Shown here one piece after another: positions 32,774 to 42,757 of a stretch of DNA of 64,000 bases. The notes under the pieces were generated by a model. That model worked only from the letters and a program-made list of their open reading frames with translations. It was not told where the DNA came from and made no database searches. Position numbers and translations under genes: made by a program. Position 1 is the first letter of the stretch; every line of letters starts with the position of its first letter. Origin of the DNA: an uncultured Chloroflexia bacterium (GTDB lineage: Bacteria > Chloroflexota > Limnocylindria > Limnocylindrales > CSP1-4); NCBI GenBank assembly GCA_963776395.1, contig CAVZML010000005.1:612254-676253 (forward strand), written 5' to 3'.

Positions 32774-33233
32774 AACGCCCGGTTCCAGCCTACTTCAACC
32801 TCGCTGGCGCGGATGGCCCAGACCATCGTCGCTCACGCGTGGCGGTCGCCGCGGACCGCTCGCACTCCGACCGAGGTTCCGGTCGGTAGCCGATCTCGGA
32901 CGGAGCGCATCAACCGGATCGACTTGACCCGGAGAAGGCCGGCTGGCCGCGCCCATTGACCCCCTCAGGCGCCCGCGCGGGTGAACGTCACGTGCGTCAC
33001 CCCGCTCGGCGAGGCAGTCATACCTGCCGGGCCGGAGCCAGCCTCGGTTCGCGTTCAGGAAGGGACGGCGCGGCTCGTGTGGATCCTGGCCCCACGGCTG
33101 CCGGAGCCGGCAGCACGCGTCGGCCGTCACGCGTCCGCGTTTCGCGGCACCGGTGTGTCCATTCCTGCCCGAAACACCCCGCCCCGTTCAGCCAGCTACG
33201 GGGATGTCGCGACCGACTCCACGATCGACGACC

Positions 33234-33749
33234 TCATGACCGACCATCGCTCGCGCCCAGGGTGACGAGAAGCTCGTCCAGTTGCTCGAACGTCTCTCCC
33301 ATCGCATCCGCCGCCCCGGTGCCGGCGGCGTCGAGAGCTTCCTTCGAGGGATAGAGCTCGTGCATGACCAGCAACGTCTTGCCGCCTTCTTCCGCGAAGG
33401 TCACGGTCGTGACGGAACCCTCGTCACTCTCCTCGTTGGTCCAGACGAGGCGCGAGTGCGGTGTCACTTCCTTGTACGTGCCGAAGAACGCCGCCTGTGA
33501 GTCCCCGTGTGCGAACTCCAAACGGTACCTGCCCCCGACACGAACATCCATTTCGCAGGAAAGCAGGGACATTCCCATCGACTTCGGCACCCACCACTGC
33601 CTGAACAGCTCGGGCTTGGTCCACGCCTCGAACACGAGGCGCGCCGGGCCGTTGAAAGTTCGCGTGACGACGAGCTCACGCTCGGACTTCCGCTCCACCG
33701 CTGCATTGTTCTCCATGAGGGTGGGCTCACTCTCTCTCGTTGCGTCCAT
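33234..33749 (-). CDS. SRPBCC-family protein (AHSA1/Aha1-like)
   Basis: SRPBCC pattern; strong RBS GGAAGGAGAAGG; overlaps the ArsR stop. Confidence 0.6.
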   Translation of the reverse strand: MDATRESEPTLMENNAAVERKSERELVVTRTFNGPARLVFEAWTKPELFRQWWVPKSMGMSLLSCEMDVRVGGRYRLEFAHGDSQAAFFGTYKEVTPHSRLVWTNEESDEGSVTTVTFAEEGGKTLLVMHELYPSKEALDAAGTGAADAMGETFEQLDELLVTLGASDGRS

Positions 33750-34092
33750 CGACCTTCTCCTTCCGTTTCAATTCCTCGACAACCTTGTCCAGCTCGTCGA
33801 AGCGTGCGTCCCAGAGCTGGCGGCACCGCTCGATCCATGCCGTCTCTTCATCGAGCCGGTGCGGGCCGAGCCGGCAGGTCCGCACGCGCCCGACCTTCTC
33901 CGTGGTGACGAGCTCGGCCTGCTCCAGGACGCCGACGTGCTTCCTCATGCCCGTGAGGGTCATGTGGAACGATTGAGCCAGGTCTGTGATCGAAGCGTCG
34001 GCACGTCCGAGCTGCTCCAGGACGCCGCGTCGGGTGGCGTCCGAGAGCGCGCCGAATGAGGCATCGAGTCGGCCGCTGGGATACTGAACCAT
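33727..34092 (-). CDS. ArsR/SmtB-family transcriptional regulator
   Basis: wHTH MVQYPSGRLDASFGALSDATRRGVLEQL; 122 aa; operonic with the SRPBCC gene. Confidence 0.75.
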   Translation of the reverse strand: MVQYPSGRLDASFGALSDATRRGVLEQLGRADASITDLAQSFHMTLTGMRKHVGVLEQAELVTTEKVGRVRTCRLGPHRLDEETAWIERCRQLWDARFDELDKVVEELKRKEKVDGRNERE

Positions 34093-34098
34093 ACGGTT
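34075..34098. promoter_or_regulatory. perfect 10-bp inverted repeat ATACTGAACC-N4-GGTTCAGTAT overlapping the ArsR start codon (candidate autoregulatory operator)
   Basis: Direct reading: gatactgaaccatacggttcagtatgc. Confidence 0.6.
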
Positions 34099-34408
34099 CA
34101 GTATGCGCCAACAAGTCGGCGATTGCAAGGGGCTCCACGGCGGACAACCAGATCCTCCGGCGTGATCGGCCGCAGGCCGGGCTATCGTGTCCGGCAAGAG
34201 CCACGAACATCAGCCGGTTCGTCCGCGCGCCAATCGACGAGGTCTACTCAACCATGACGTCGCCTGACAACGGAAGAACGCCAAAGGCCGGCGCCGGCCG
34301 GCCTGTCAAGGACTCAGTCGAGGCGTCAACCCACGCGACGCCGAAGACACCCAAACCACAAATCGAACGGCGGCGCAAGGCAGCGTCCTCACGACCCTGC
34401 CGGCCGCC

Positions 34409-34810
34409 ATGACTGGCAGGGCAAGCCCCGCGAAGGCCGCGGTCGGCGACAGGCCAGTCTTTGCCTACATCAGCAGCTTGCCGCAGCCGCAACGCTCCAT
34501 CGCCGAACGCGTCGATGCCCTTGCCGCCGAGACGCTGCCGGCCCTGGAGCGCAGCGTGAAGTGGGGCATGGCGTGGTATGGCGTCGGCGATGGCTGGTGC
34601 TTCTCGTGCGGCGGCTTCGCGGGCCACGTCAAGCTCACGTTCGGGCGCGGCACGTCACTCACGCCCGTACCCCCAGTGACGCCGATCGGGATGGGCAAGG
34701 ACTCGCGCGGCGTGGAGCTCGAATCCGTGGACGACATCGACGAGCGCCAGCTCGCGTCGTGGATGAAGCAGGCCACGGCCATCCCCGGTTTCGGGGGGAA
34801 GAAGCGATGA
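34409..34810 (+). CDS. DUF1801 (YdhG-like) domain protein
   Basis: 133-aa ORF; family recalled from text pattern. Confidence 0.45.
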   Translation: MTGRASPAKAAVGDRPVFAYISSLPQPQRSIAERVDALAAETLPALERSVKWGMAWYGVGDGWCFSCGGFAGHVKLTFGRGTSLTPVPPVTPIGMGKDSRGVELESVDDIDERQLASWMKQATAIPGFGGKKR

Positions 34811-34877
34811 TCGCCGCAACGGTCGGCAAGGTGCACTAATGCTGAGTGGGCAACCAGTCACTCTTGGAGGGACGTCG

Positions 34878-35519
34878 ATGGCCGTGCGTGTTGACCTGAA
34901 CATCTCCCTGGACGGCTTCGCGACGACCACCGACCAGACGCGCGAGGACCCGTTCGGGCCCGACTGGGCGCGCCTCGTCGAGGCCTACGTCGCGACCCGC
35001 ACGTTCCGGGCCCGGGTGTTGCACGAAACATCGGGCGAGGGAACGACCGGCGTCGACGACAAGTACGCGCAGGCGTACTTCGCCGAGGTCGGCGCGGAGA
35101 TCATGGGTGCCGGCATGTTCGGGCTCCACGCCGCCGGGGATGACCCGGACTGGCGCGGCTGGTGGGGCGACGAGCCCCCGTTCCGGGTCCCGGTGTTCGT
35201 GCTCACCCACAGCCCGCGCCCGGTGCTCGAGATGGCGGGTGGCACGACCTTCCACTTCCTCGCCGCGACGCCCCGCGAGGCGCTCGACCTCGCGCTGGTG
35301 GCCGCGGGCGGCAGGGACGTGCGGATCGGCGGCGGCCCGACCGTGGTACGCGAGTTCCTCAAGGCAGGACTCGTCGACCGGCTTCACGTCGCGATCGTCC
35401 CGATCCTGCTCGGCCGCGGCGTCCGGCTGTGGGACGACCTCCGCGGGTTCGAGGAGGGCTACAGCGTGACGTCGGAAGTCGCCACGAGCGGGATCACGCA
35501 CCTGACCTTCGCGCGCTGA
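34878..35519 (+). CDS. dihydrofolate-reductase-like (RibD C-terminal domain) family protein
   Basis: MAVRVDLNISLDGF... and GGG..V..FL motif typical of the RibD_C/DHFR-like family. Confidence 0.6.
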   Translation: MAVRVDLNISLDGFATTTDQTREDPFGPDWARLVEAYVATRTFRARVLHETSGEGTTGVDDKYAQAYFAEVGAEIMGAGMFGLHAAGDDPDWRGWWGDEPPFRVPVFVLTHSPRPVLEMAGGTTFHFLAATPREALDLALVAAGGRDVRIGGGPTVVREFLKAGLVDRLHVAIVPILLGRGVRLWDDLRGFEEGYSVTSEVATSGITHLTFAR

Positions 35520-35587
35520 ACGTCCGGGCCTTCCGGCTCAGAGCCCCGACCGAGCCCCCCGACGACGCCGGGCTGAGGGGTGGCTGG

Positions 35588-36361
35588 TCATACTGACCCT
35601 GGAGCCATCCTGACGGTGACCGGAGGGCGGGCCGATCGGTAGCGCGGCTGAATCGCGGCCGCGTTCTCCGCCCACGGTCCCCTCCGAATCAGAGGGCCTG
35701 CTGAAATCGCCTCAGCTCGTCTCTTGATGCCCTTCAGCATCCGGCGTTCCATGGCGAAATCGCCCATCTCCATCAGGATGAAGTTGAAGAACGCCAAACC
35801 CGGCGTCTCCCACCTGTAGTCCTGCTTCATGCGGGTCACGAGCCGAGTGCCGCCACCGGGCAACGGGATCAGGCGCCACGTCCAGGTACTGTCCGGGTTC
35901 TCGGTTGCGTTCGGCCGATGGACCCAGACCATCCACTTGTCCGTGTCGAAGGCGCTCACCGTATAGGCGATGGCAAGGCCGTGCAGCTCCTTGAACATCG
36001 GCATCGAGTCGCCAACGGCTGGGTGCTGATGCTCCTCGAGGATGCGCTCGGCGCTCTGCTGGCTCGCGTTGTCGATCAGGTCGTACGTGTAGAACCCGGC
36101 CCTGCCGTATCCCAGCTGCACGATCCAGGGCCAGACACGCTCAGGCGGCACGTCGATCGCGATTGCTCTCGTCGCATTGAACTGCGCCTTCCGCACGACT
36201 TCGTCACCCGGCATCGGGCCGTGCACTTCGTCCGCAGTGGCTCCCCACCGGAGGTGCCAGGGGCGGACCAGCGGTGCGAGCAAGAACCAGGGAATTGCGG
36301 TCAACGCGTCGAGGACGAGGGCGATCGTCCTGGTGGTCCGCGGCTTGATGGGGCGGTCCAT
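35588..36361 (-). CDS. SRPBCC/polyketide-cyclase-like protein
   Basis: N-terminal TM then IDVPPERVWPWIVQLGYGRAGFYTYD pattern. Confidence 0.5.
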   Translation of the reverse strand: MDRPIKPRTTRTIALVLDALTAIPWFLLAPLVRPWHLRWGATADEVHGPMPGDEVVRKAQFNATRAIAIDVPPERVWPWIVQLGYGRAGFYTYDLIDNASQQSAERILEEHQHPAVGDSMPMFKELHGLAIAYTVSAFDTDKWMVWVHRPNATENPDSTWTWRLIPLPGGGTRLVTRMKQDYRWETPGLAFFNFILMEMGDFAMERRMLKGIKRRAEAISAGPLIRRGPWAENAAAIQPRYRSARPPVTVRMAPGSV

Positions 36362-36374
36362 GGTCCGTGCTGTC

Positions 36375-37022
36375 TCAGACGACACCGGCGGTCGAGCTGA
36401 TCGGAGCCTGCTCTGCTCGCTGCTTGAGCCCACGCATGAGCCCCGTCTCCATGTAGGCGTGGAGCGGCTCGTAGATCAGGGCGACGAACGGCCACTCCCG
36501 GATCCGCCACGCCGCGCGATCGCGCACGATCAGACGGGTATGACTTTCGTCCATTGGCCGGAGCACGAACGCATATGCACCGGCCGGCATGCTCCTGCTC
36601 CGCACGACGAGCGATCCAGGCGGATCGACGATAACAACCGGCCAGCCCATCGGCTTGCCACCTATCTCGTGGTTCGTCCGCATCAGGTCGCCGACGGCCA
36701 AGGTCTGCCACTCCGGGTGGACCGCATGGACATCCGGGATACCCGACCGGAGGAGCCGCTCCACCCAGTTGTGGGTGTAGAAGCCGGCCCGGTCCTGGCC
36801 CATCTGGACGAGCCACGGCCAGACGCGGTGGGGCGGCGCATCGATCGTGACGGCGCGGGTCGTCACGTAGCTCGCGTTGGGCTCAAGATCGTCGCCCGGC
36901 AGCGGAGCGCTCCGCTCGGCCTCTGTGGCGCCCCAGGCGAGCATCCGGGGACGAAGGATCGCGGCATACCCGCCGAGCGCGGCGGCCAGGACGAGGGCGA
37001 CGACGATCGTCGGCTCGTTCAT
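36375..37022 (-). CDS. SRPBCC/polyketide-cyclase-like protein (paralog of the previous gene)
   Basis: IDAPPHRVWPWLVQMGQDRAGFYTHNW is clearly paralogous to the upstream gene. Confidence 0.5.
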   Translation of the reverse strand: MNEPTIVVALVLAAALGGYAAILRPRMLAWGATEAERSAPLPGDDLEPNASYVTTRAVTIDAPPHRVWPWLVQMGQDRAGFYTHNWVERLLRSGIPDVHAVHPEWQTLAVGDLMRTNHEIGGKPMGWPVVIVDPPGSLVVRSRSMPAGAYAFVLRPMDESHTRLIVRDRAAWRIREWPFVALIYEPLHAYMETGLMRGLKQRAEQAPISSTAGVV

Positions 37023-37531
37023 CCGGCCACCATCTCGTACTCCTCGACCAGGCTCCACGCTTCGCCGTCGAGGGTGTACTCATTGCGCCAGGTCGCGTGA
37101 TCGGGATCGGTCAGGATCCAGGTCAACCTGATGCGGGGCAGCGATCGATGGAGCGACTCGTAGACGAGGGTGTTGCCATCGATCCGGCCCCGATAGAGCG
37201 CGAGGGTCGGGCCGTTGTTGTCGGCGCTGCTGGCCCGGTATTCGCCGGCCATTTGATCCCAGCCGGCAACCCAGTGGAGCTGCCAGCGGAGGACGAAGGT
37301 GCCGTCAGCCAGCAGCTGGACCTGCTCGAAGTCGCAGTCGTACCACAAGCCGTCCTGGATGAGCCGGCACTCCGCGTGACCGGCGCCGCCCATCTCCGGC
37401 GACCCCGGGCCCATGCCGCCGGCCTCGATCGTGCCCGTCCACGCCCAGTTCCGGTAGAACGGAGCCAGGGCCGCCATCTCGGAACCCGCGACAGCGCTGT
37501 GCGGCAACTGCGTCGGTGTCTCGCTCGTCAT
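37019..37531 (-). CDS. DUF1579-like hypothetical protein
   Basis: 170-aa ORF overlapping the previous start; family guess. Confidence 0.4.
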   Translation of the reverse strand: MTSETPTQLPHSAVAGSEMAALAPFYRNWAWTGTIEAGGMGPGSPEMGGAGHAECRLIQDGLWYDCDFEQVQLLADGTFVLRWQLHWVAGWDQMAGEYRASSADNNGPTLALYRGRIDGNTLVYESLHRSLPRIRLTWILTDPDHATWRNEYTLDGEAWSLVEEYEMVAG

Positions 37532-37568
37532 CGCCTTCCCTTTCGCTGGCTCGCGCGGAGCCGTCCTG

Positions 37569-38033
37569 TCAGCGCGCGACTGCGGCCATGGCGGTGGCGA
37601 TGAGCCACTTCACGGCGATGAGCGCGCCCAGCACAACTATCGCTACACGGGCCGGTACGAGCGTTCCCGCGTGACCCGGCACGAGCTGGGCAACGGGCTG
37701 CAGGACGCCGGTCCAGCCGAACACGCCCGCGGCCACGACGACGAGGGCCACGACCCCGAGCACGATGCCGAGGATGATCGTCGGACTCGTCCAACCCGCC
37801 ACCGGCGCTTGTGCGATGCCGCCGACCGCGCAGCCTGCCATGCCGATGACAGCCACAGCGATGAGTGCCCCGACACCTGTGCCGACGAGCGGAAGGTCGT
37901 CGCGAGTGACCGCCGCAACGGCGACCCCGATCGCCACGACGACGAGAATGGTCCCGAGCATGAATGTCGCGTCGAACAGCCTGACCACAGCCGCATCCCC
38001 AAGGCCCGTGAGCATCATCCGGCCCGTGACCAT
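37569..38033 (-). CDS. hypothetical membrane protein
   Basis: Four predicted TM helices; start at MVTGRMMLTG; no known domain. Confidence 0.4.
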   Translation of the reverse strand: MVTGRMMLTGLGDAAVVRLFDATFMLGTILVVVAIGVAVAAVTRDDLPLVGTGVGALIAVAVIGMAGCAVGGIAQAPVAGWTSPTIILGIVLGVVALVVVAAGVFGWTGVLQPVAQLVPGHAGTLVPARVAIVVLGALIAVKWLIATAMAAVAR

Positions 38034-38337
38034 GCGGGCCTGGGAGGAGCCCTCCGCGGACAGAATCCCGGCCCCCTCAGGGTCGAAAGAAGTGCTCTTG
38101 GTCCCGAGGTGGCCGACCGTTCGGACCGTCCCCAGCGACGCCTGGAATGGATTCCTGGTGCGCGCCCGTTTCTTCGTGCTGACAATCCGCACGGTTCGCA
38201 CAGCCAATCGTTTCTCGCTGACAGATCGTGTGGTCCGAATACCACCTCAAGGAGACCGCGACGAAGATTGTCAGGGGATGATCGCCGACGCACGTCGCAC
38301 CTCGTCGCTTCGTGCACCGGCGCGCTGACTCGGCCGG

Positions 38338-38928
38338 TCAGGCGGCTGGCTTCAGTGAGGCGATGACAGATCGGACCTCGGCTTCGTGGGCCGCGAGGTC
38401 TGGACCTCGCAGGCAGGCAGTGAGGACCGTCCCGTCGACGACGGACCACATCTCGGCTTCGCCACCGATCGCGTGGCACGCCTTGGTCTTGTTGTCGAAC
38501 GTGACCTGCGGCGGGTTCATCGCGATGATGCCGAGGTTCGGATTGACGGTGACGAGCACCCCGCCCGACGGAAGCGCGGCCAGTGGCTCCGGGCAGCCCT
38601 GGAACTCGCCGCTTGTCGGATCGGGCGTCGGGCACGGACCGACGGTGAGCGGCGCGTCGCTCAGGTAGAACAGCGGAACGGGCCGACCGGGGATGTCCTT
38701 GGGGCCTGCGACCAACCGCCAGGCGACCGGGTGGGTCACGGTCAGGCGACCGACCTGTTCCGTGATCACGGACGCGGTCGGAGACGGTGACGGAGAGGCG
38801 ATTGACGATGCGCTCGGGGTTGGCGACGGAATCGGCGACGCTGCGCTTGATGGGGACGGCTTGGGACTGGCGGTCGGGACTGGAGTGCTGTTGCAGGCCG
38901 CAACAGCGATCACGGCGGTGAGGATCAT
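38338..38928 (-). CDS. hypothetical lipoprotein with Pro/Ser-rich linker
   Basis: MILTAVIAVAAC lipobox; PS-rich spacer; Cys-containing C-terminal domain. Confidence 0.5.
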   Translation of the reverse strand: MILTAVIAVAACNSTPVPTASPKPSPSSAASPIPSPTPSASSIASPSPSPTASVITEQVGRLTVTHPVAWRLVAGPKDIPGRPVPLFYLSDAPLTVGPCPTPDPTSGEFQGCPEPLAALPSGGVLVTVNPNLGIIAMNPPQVTFDNKTKACHAIGGEAEMWSVVDGTVLTACLRGPDLAAHEAEVRSVIASLKPAA

Positions 38929-39207
38929 CAAGCTGCGGTGCACGACGGCCTCAATCGAGACGAACGGACACCACCACGACGGTCGGCTCTTGGGTTCTGT
39001 TCCCCGGCGTTGGTTGGGTCTCGCAGCGCATTCTCCTGGCCACGATCCAGGCAACCCGATCCGGTTCACGCTGGGAGACTCGCGGGCTTTGGCCTGTCTT
39101 GGGCTGTTCATCGGCGCCCGACGCTGGCTCGGGCGTTTCGGCGGCATGGCGGCGGTCGGCCGTACTGCTCATCCGGAGCGGCGCTGGCGTTCGCCTGGCG
39201 CGATTTC

Positions 39208-39528
39208 ATGCCGACGTTCACCGACGCCTCGCTGATCGCGGCTGGTTCCGGGATCCTGCTCTGGGCCGTGCTGGCAACCGAGGTTAGTTCGCGGCATCGC
39301 ACCTGGGTCGGCCTCGCCGGGTTCGTGGCGATTGAGACGGCCACCTTCGTCCGCTACACCAACATCGTCGTCCTCGGCTGCGCCGTGGTGGCCGTGATCG
39401 TGGCGTGGCGGTTGCGGGCGGCGAGACTGTCCCTCCGGACTCTCGGTTGGTGGCTGGCCTCCGTGATCGTCTTCGGTGCTGCCGTGGCCAAATTCGGACG
39501 CGTTCGGGTGCACAACGTGCCGCGCTGA
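39208..39528 (+). CDS. hypothetical small membrane protein
   Basis: Hydrophobic 106-aa ORF; weak support. Confidence 0.25.
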   Translation: MPTFTDASLIAAGSGILLWAVLATEVSSRHRTWVGLAGFVAIETATFVRYTNIVVLGCAVVAVIVAWRLRAARLSLRTLGWWLASVIVFGAAVAKFGRVRVHNVPR

Positions 39529-39728
39529 GCGGGATCAGGCGGCGCCGCTCGAGTGGCTGATGGCGCATCCGAAGCGCGCGCCCGAGCACGCAGGGCCGGC
39601 CCGCCGCACCCATAAGGTTGCCAAATAGTTGACACCGCAACTAGGTCGGAAGTATGGTCCACAGGTTCTTTGACATCGGACCAGGTCCGGTCGGAGGAGC
39701 ACCCCACCGTGACCGGAAAGGGACTTCG

Positions 39729-40297
39729 ATGGCCACGTACAAGGTCGGATACTTCGTCGGGAGCCTCTCGTCGACGTCGATCAACCGCGAACTCCGAAGG
39801 CGCTGATCCGGCTGGCCCCCGAGGACCTGGAGTTCACCGAGATCCCGATCCGGGACCTGCCCCTGTACAGCCAGGACTACGACGCGGACTTCCCGCCCGA
39901 GGCTAGGGCGCTCAAGGAGGCGATCGCCGCGTCCGACGCCATCCTGTTCGTCACCCCGGAGTACAACCGCTCGATCCCCGGCGCGCTGAAGAACGCCATC
40001 GACTGGGCCTCGCGGCCGTGGGGTCAGAACTCCTTCGACCACATCCCGGCCGCCGTGATCGGCGCATCCGTCGGCCAGATCGGCACCGCCATGGCCCAGC
40101 AGAGCCTGCGCGGCGTGCTCAGCTTCTGCAACGCCCGGCAGATGACCGCGCCCGAGGCCTACATCCGCTACTCCCCGGAGATCTTCCCCGGCGAAGGGGA
40201 GGTCACGGACGAGTCCACGAGGGACTTCCTCACGAACTACATGGAGGAGTTCCTGACGTACATCGGCCGGGTCTTGACGGTCATTCCTCGACCGTGA
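39729..40297 (+). CDS. NADPH-dependent FMN reductase family protein, apparent frameshift near 39790
   Basis: MATYKVGYFVGSLSSTSINREL then a frame change; LFVTPEYNRSIPGALKNAIDW continues in another frame (track ORF 40055..40297 gives the C-terminus). Confidence 0.65.
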
Positions 40298-40468
40298 AGG
40301 TTCCGCCCTTGATGGGTCGCCGGGCATACGAGTACGCGCTCGAGCTGCGGGAGCGCGTTCAGCCGGCGAAGGAGTGGGTACTGGCGCGCCCGACGGAGTT
40401 GGGCGCGAGATAGCAACCTGCTGCCGACGGGAACTGCATCGATCCGTCCTCGAACTCCTCGCGCTCGT

Positions 40469-40969
40469 TCAGCCGGCCGCCGTCTTCACTTCTCGAAATC
40501 GAAGTCGATCGACGACGAGTACGGCCGCGGATAGGACCGCGAAGATCGGGCCGGAGATCATCGGCGGCGCCGGTGGGACCGCGGGCGCGAGACCGAACGC
40601 GAGGTACACGATCGGCACGGACGCCGCCCAGATCGGGAGGATGAACGCTGCCTTCCAGGCCCAGCGCTGACCGCCTCGATACCGCCACACCAGGACGATC
40701 GCGAGCAGGAGCCCGAATGCGGCGAGCGTCACACCTTGGGTACGGACCATGAAGTCGGCCACTCGATAGCCCTCCGGACTGGCAGTCCGGAGATCGTCGG
40801 TCGTGAGCCCGGTGATCGCGACGGTGATGCCTGGGTCCGCGCTGATGCACATAAGGACATCCAAGACGCCGAACAGCGCGAGGAGGATGGCGAGGATCGG
40901 GAGCAGCAGCCACGATCGGTGCGGGCAGGGGTCCGTCCGTCGAGGCCAAGCTACTTCTATCGTTCTCAC
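40469..40969 (-). CDS. hypothetical membrane protein
   Basis: Four TM helices; no known domain. Confidence 0.4.
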   Translation of the reverse strand: MRTIEVAWPRRTDPCPHRSWLLLPILAILLALFGVLDVLMCISADPGITVAITGLTTDDLRTASPEGYRVADFMVRTQGVTLAAFGLLLAIVLVWRYRGGQRWAWKAAFILPIWAASVPIVYLAFGLAPAVPPAPPMISGPIFAVLSAAVLVVDRLRFREVKTAAG

Positions 40970-41472
40970 TAGCGTGAACGGTGGACGAGCTCCGGTCCGG
41001 TGGGGTGGCCACCCTTCAGGGCATCGCCGGCCGCCTGGTTTGCCGGCTCCTCCAGGATGTCCTTCAGCCGCGCGAGATTGGCCTCGACGTCGCGGCTCAG
41101 GCTGCGAGCCACCAGCGGTGCGGCAACCGTCATGATCCCGGAGACGTCGAGCTCGATCGTGGCTGTCAGGCGGGCGCCGGTCGATCCCGGCGCGACGTCG
41201 TATGACGCGAGCAGCCCGGGGCCGGACGTCGTTCGGAAGGCGACCCGCCGGCCTGGGACGAACTCGACGTACTCGTTCTCGCCGGTCATGCGGCGGCCCA
41301 TCAGGGTCCGGGTGAACACGTGCCTGGTCCCGACGCCCGGCGGGCCGTCGGTCAGCCTCCGGACCTCGAGGATCCCGGACTGCCAGCGTGCCGCGTTCGT
41401 CTGGTCCGCCACGAAGGCAAAGACGTCGTCACTCGATCGGGCGATCGCGACGCTTCGCTCCACCTTGATCAT
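40969..41472 (-). CDS. SRPBCC-family protein (polyketide cyclase/dehydrase-like)
   Basis: 167-aa ORF; SRPBCC-like pattern; divergent from the TetR gene. Confidence 0.5.
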   Translation of the reverse strand: MIKVERSVAIARSSDDVFAFVADQTNAARWQSGILEVRRLTDGPPGVGTRHVFTRTLMGRRMTGENEYVEFVPGRRVAFRTTSGPGLLASYDVAPGSTGARLTATIELDVSGIMTVAAPLVARSLSRDVEANLARLKDILEEPANQAAGDALKGGHPTGPELVHRSR

Positions 41473-41496
41473 GTCCCGACCTCCAGCAAGGGTAGT

Positions 41497-41511
41497 GCAT
41501 GACTTTAGAGT
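41497..41511. promoter_or_regulatory. inverted repeat TAGAGT-tcc-ACTCTA in the TetR/SRPBCC divergent intergenic region (candidate TetR operator)
   Basis: Direct reading. Confidence 0.45.
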
Positions 41512-41550
41512 TCCACTCTAGATGGTGGTTCGGGTACTCTGAGCGTTGCC

Positions 41551-42249
41551 ATGGAGCCTGTCAAGCCCACCACTGATGAGCGCCGGTCCCCGCGTGCCCG
41601 CTCGCGGGCGACGCGGCTGCGCATCACGAAGGCGGCAACGTCGCTGTTCCGTGACCGCGGCTACACGCGGACGACGATGGCCGACATCGCGCAGGCGGCC
41701 GGCGTCGCGGTCCAGACCGTGTACTTCGTGTTCCATACGAAGACCGAGGTCCTCAACAGCGCCTACGGATTGGCCGTGATGGGTGAGGTCGATGCCGCGG
41801 TGCCGCAGGAGCAGGCGTGGTATCGCCAGGCGGTCGCCGAGCCGGACGTCACGACGGCGGTCCGGCTGGTGGTAGCCGGGTTGGGCGAGATCCTTCGTCG
41901 CGTCGCGCCACTCGACCGCGCGATCCGGACGGCGGCTGCGGGCGACCCTGATGCCGCCTCGTTCCTTGCCCAGAACGAGGCGTGGCGGGCCGATGGCTAC
42001 CGGGAGATGGTCTCGTTCCTGCGAACCAAGCGCACGTTGCGCACCGGCCTTACCGAGGATCGGGCCACGGACGTGATGCTGTTTCTGGCCAGTCCCGGGG
42101 CGTACCGGGCCCTGGTGACCGAGCGCGACTGGACGCACGCCGAGTGGACTGCGTGGACGAGTGCTGCGCTGGCCGAGCAGCTGTTCGGGACCGGGCACGA
42201 CGACGGTACGAAGCTCGCGTCCGGCGACTCGCCCGGATTGCAACCGTGA
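41551..42249 (+). CDS. TetR/AcrR-family transcriptional regulator
   Basis: N-terminal TetR HTH (TRLRITKAATSLFRDRGYTRTTMADIAQAAGVAVQTVY). Confidence 0.8.
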   Translation: MEPVKPTTDERRSPRARSRATRLRITKAATSLFRDRGYTRTTMADIAQAAGVAVQTVYFVFHTKTEVLNSAYGLAVMGEVDAAVPQEQAWYRQAVAEPDVTTAVRLVVAGLGEILRRVAPLDRAIRTAAAGDPDAASFLAQNEAWRADGYREMVSFLRTKRTLRTGLTEDRATDVMLFLASPGAYRALVTERDWTHAEWTAWTSAALAEQLFGTGHDDGTKLASGDSPGLQP

Positions 42250-42441
42250 CGACCCGGCGACGTACGGGCGTGGAGCGCGTTGTCCGGCTGACCGCGGCGG
42301 CCTACGCGCACGGATTGGCGCTGGCGCTGCCCGAAAGGTTGCAGTGGCGCGCCCGACAGGTGTCGGGTCCGCGCTAACAGCCTACGACATGCCCATCGAG
42401 GGCCGCGACGAGTGGTTGTCCGCGGTCGCGAGGCTGCTCGC

Positions 42442-42690
42442 ATGAGGGATGCGTACCTGCGCGGCGCTCTCTCGCCGCAGGCGACACAGCGCCAGATGGA
42501 CGTGCTTGCCGCCTACGTCGCCGCCGGCGCGTCGGTCCTGGATGCGGCCGAGCTCGTGGGCATCCGGCCCGGCACCGTGAAGCGCCACCTCGCCGACCTG
42601 CGTGCGCGATCAGGCCTGACTACCGAGCAACCGATCTACGCCGGGCGCGCTGGCGGTTGGCTTGTGGTACCGAGTCTGGAGCCTCGCTAG
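42442..42690 (+). CDS. LuxR/GerE-type HTH domain protein
   Basis: RQMDVLAAYVAAGASVLDAAELVGIRPGTVKRHLADLRAR. Confidence 0.5.
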   Translation: MRDAYLRGALSPQATQRQMDVLAAYVAAGASVLDAAELVGIRPGTVKRHLADLRARSGLTTEQPIYAGRAGGWLVVPSLEPR

Positions 42691-42757
42691 AGAAGCGCGC
42701 CCGGCCCTTGGCCGCATCTGGGTACCCGCCCACGACTCTCGGTCCAGTGCCTCGGTC

